64,000 nt of DNA, taken from positions 7,740,162-7,804,161 of the forward strand of contig CM119271.1 in NCBI GenBank assembly GCA_051294375.1. Reading direction: 5' to 3'. The DNA comes from Paraspadella gotoi. Taxonomy: Eukaryota; Animalia; Chaetognatha. Shown here piece after piece: positions 63,982 through 64,000 of this stretch. The translations under genes were made by a program, and so were the position numbers. The notes under the pieces are model-generated. The model did no database searches, was not told the origin of the DNA, and was given only the letters and a program-made list of their open reading frames with translations. Every line of letters starts with the position of its first letter. The stretch's first letter is position 1.

Positions 63982-64000
63982 CTGGGTTGGAGGGAGAGTG

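Noticed and set aside
1-64000. tRNA, rRNA or prokaryotic defence systems
   Set aside because: No cloverleaf, rRNA-like sequence or operon structure was recognised. The window has spliceosomal introns.

Overview
Eukaryotic (animal, probably arthropod, inferred from the Turtle-like protein) draft-genome window. It is AT-rich, dense in microsatellites, has many N gaps, and some stretches show indel noise typical of uncorrected long reads. The backbone is a minus-strand turtle/IGSF9-like Ig-FN3 receptor gene whose FN3, transmembrane and cytoplasmic exons can be joined in phase. One apparent intron of about 41-46 kb contains a plus-strand EGF + F-type-lectin gene (with a frameshifted CsRn1-like Ty3/gypsy element in one of its introns) and two tandem paralogs that fuse a COR-like region to a trypsin-like serine protease. 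Positions 1-5176 hold the 3' part of an unusual Ty3/gypsy element: RNase H, an OTU-like insert lacking catalytic residues, integrase, then a separate env-like ORF resembling chuvirus (class III) glycoproteins. That element and the COR-like/protease pair are the best candidates for novel systems. Positions 20844-27240 are a noisy second copy of 15634-20780, probably an assembly artefact. All family calls come from motif recognition by eye; no database searches were run.
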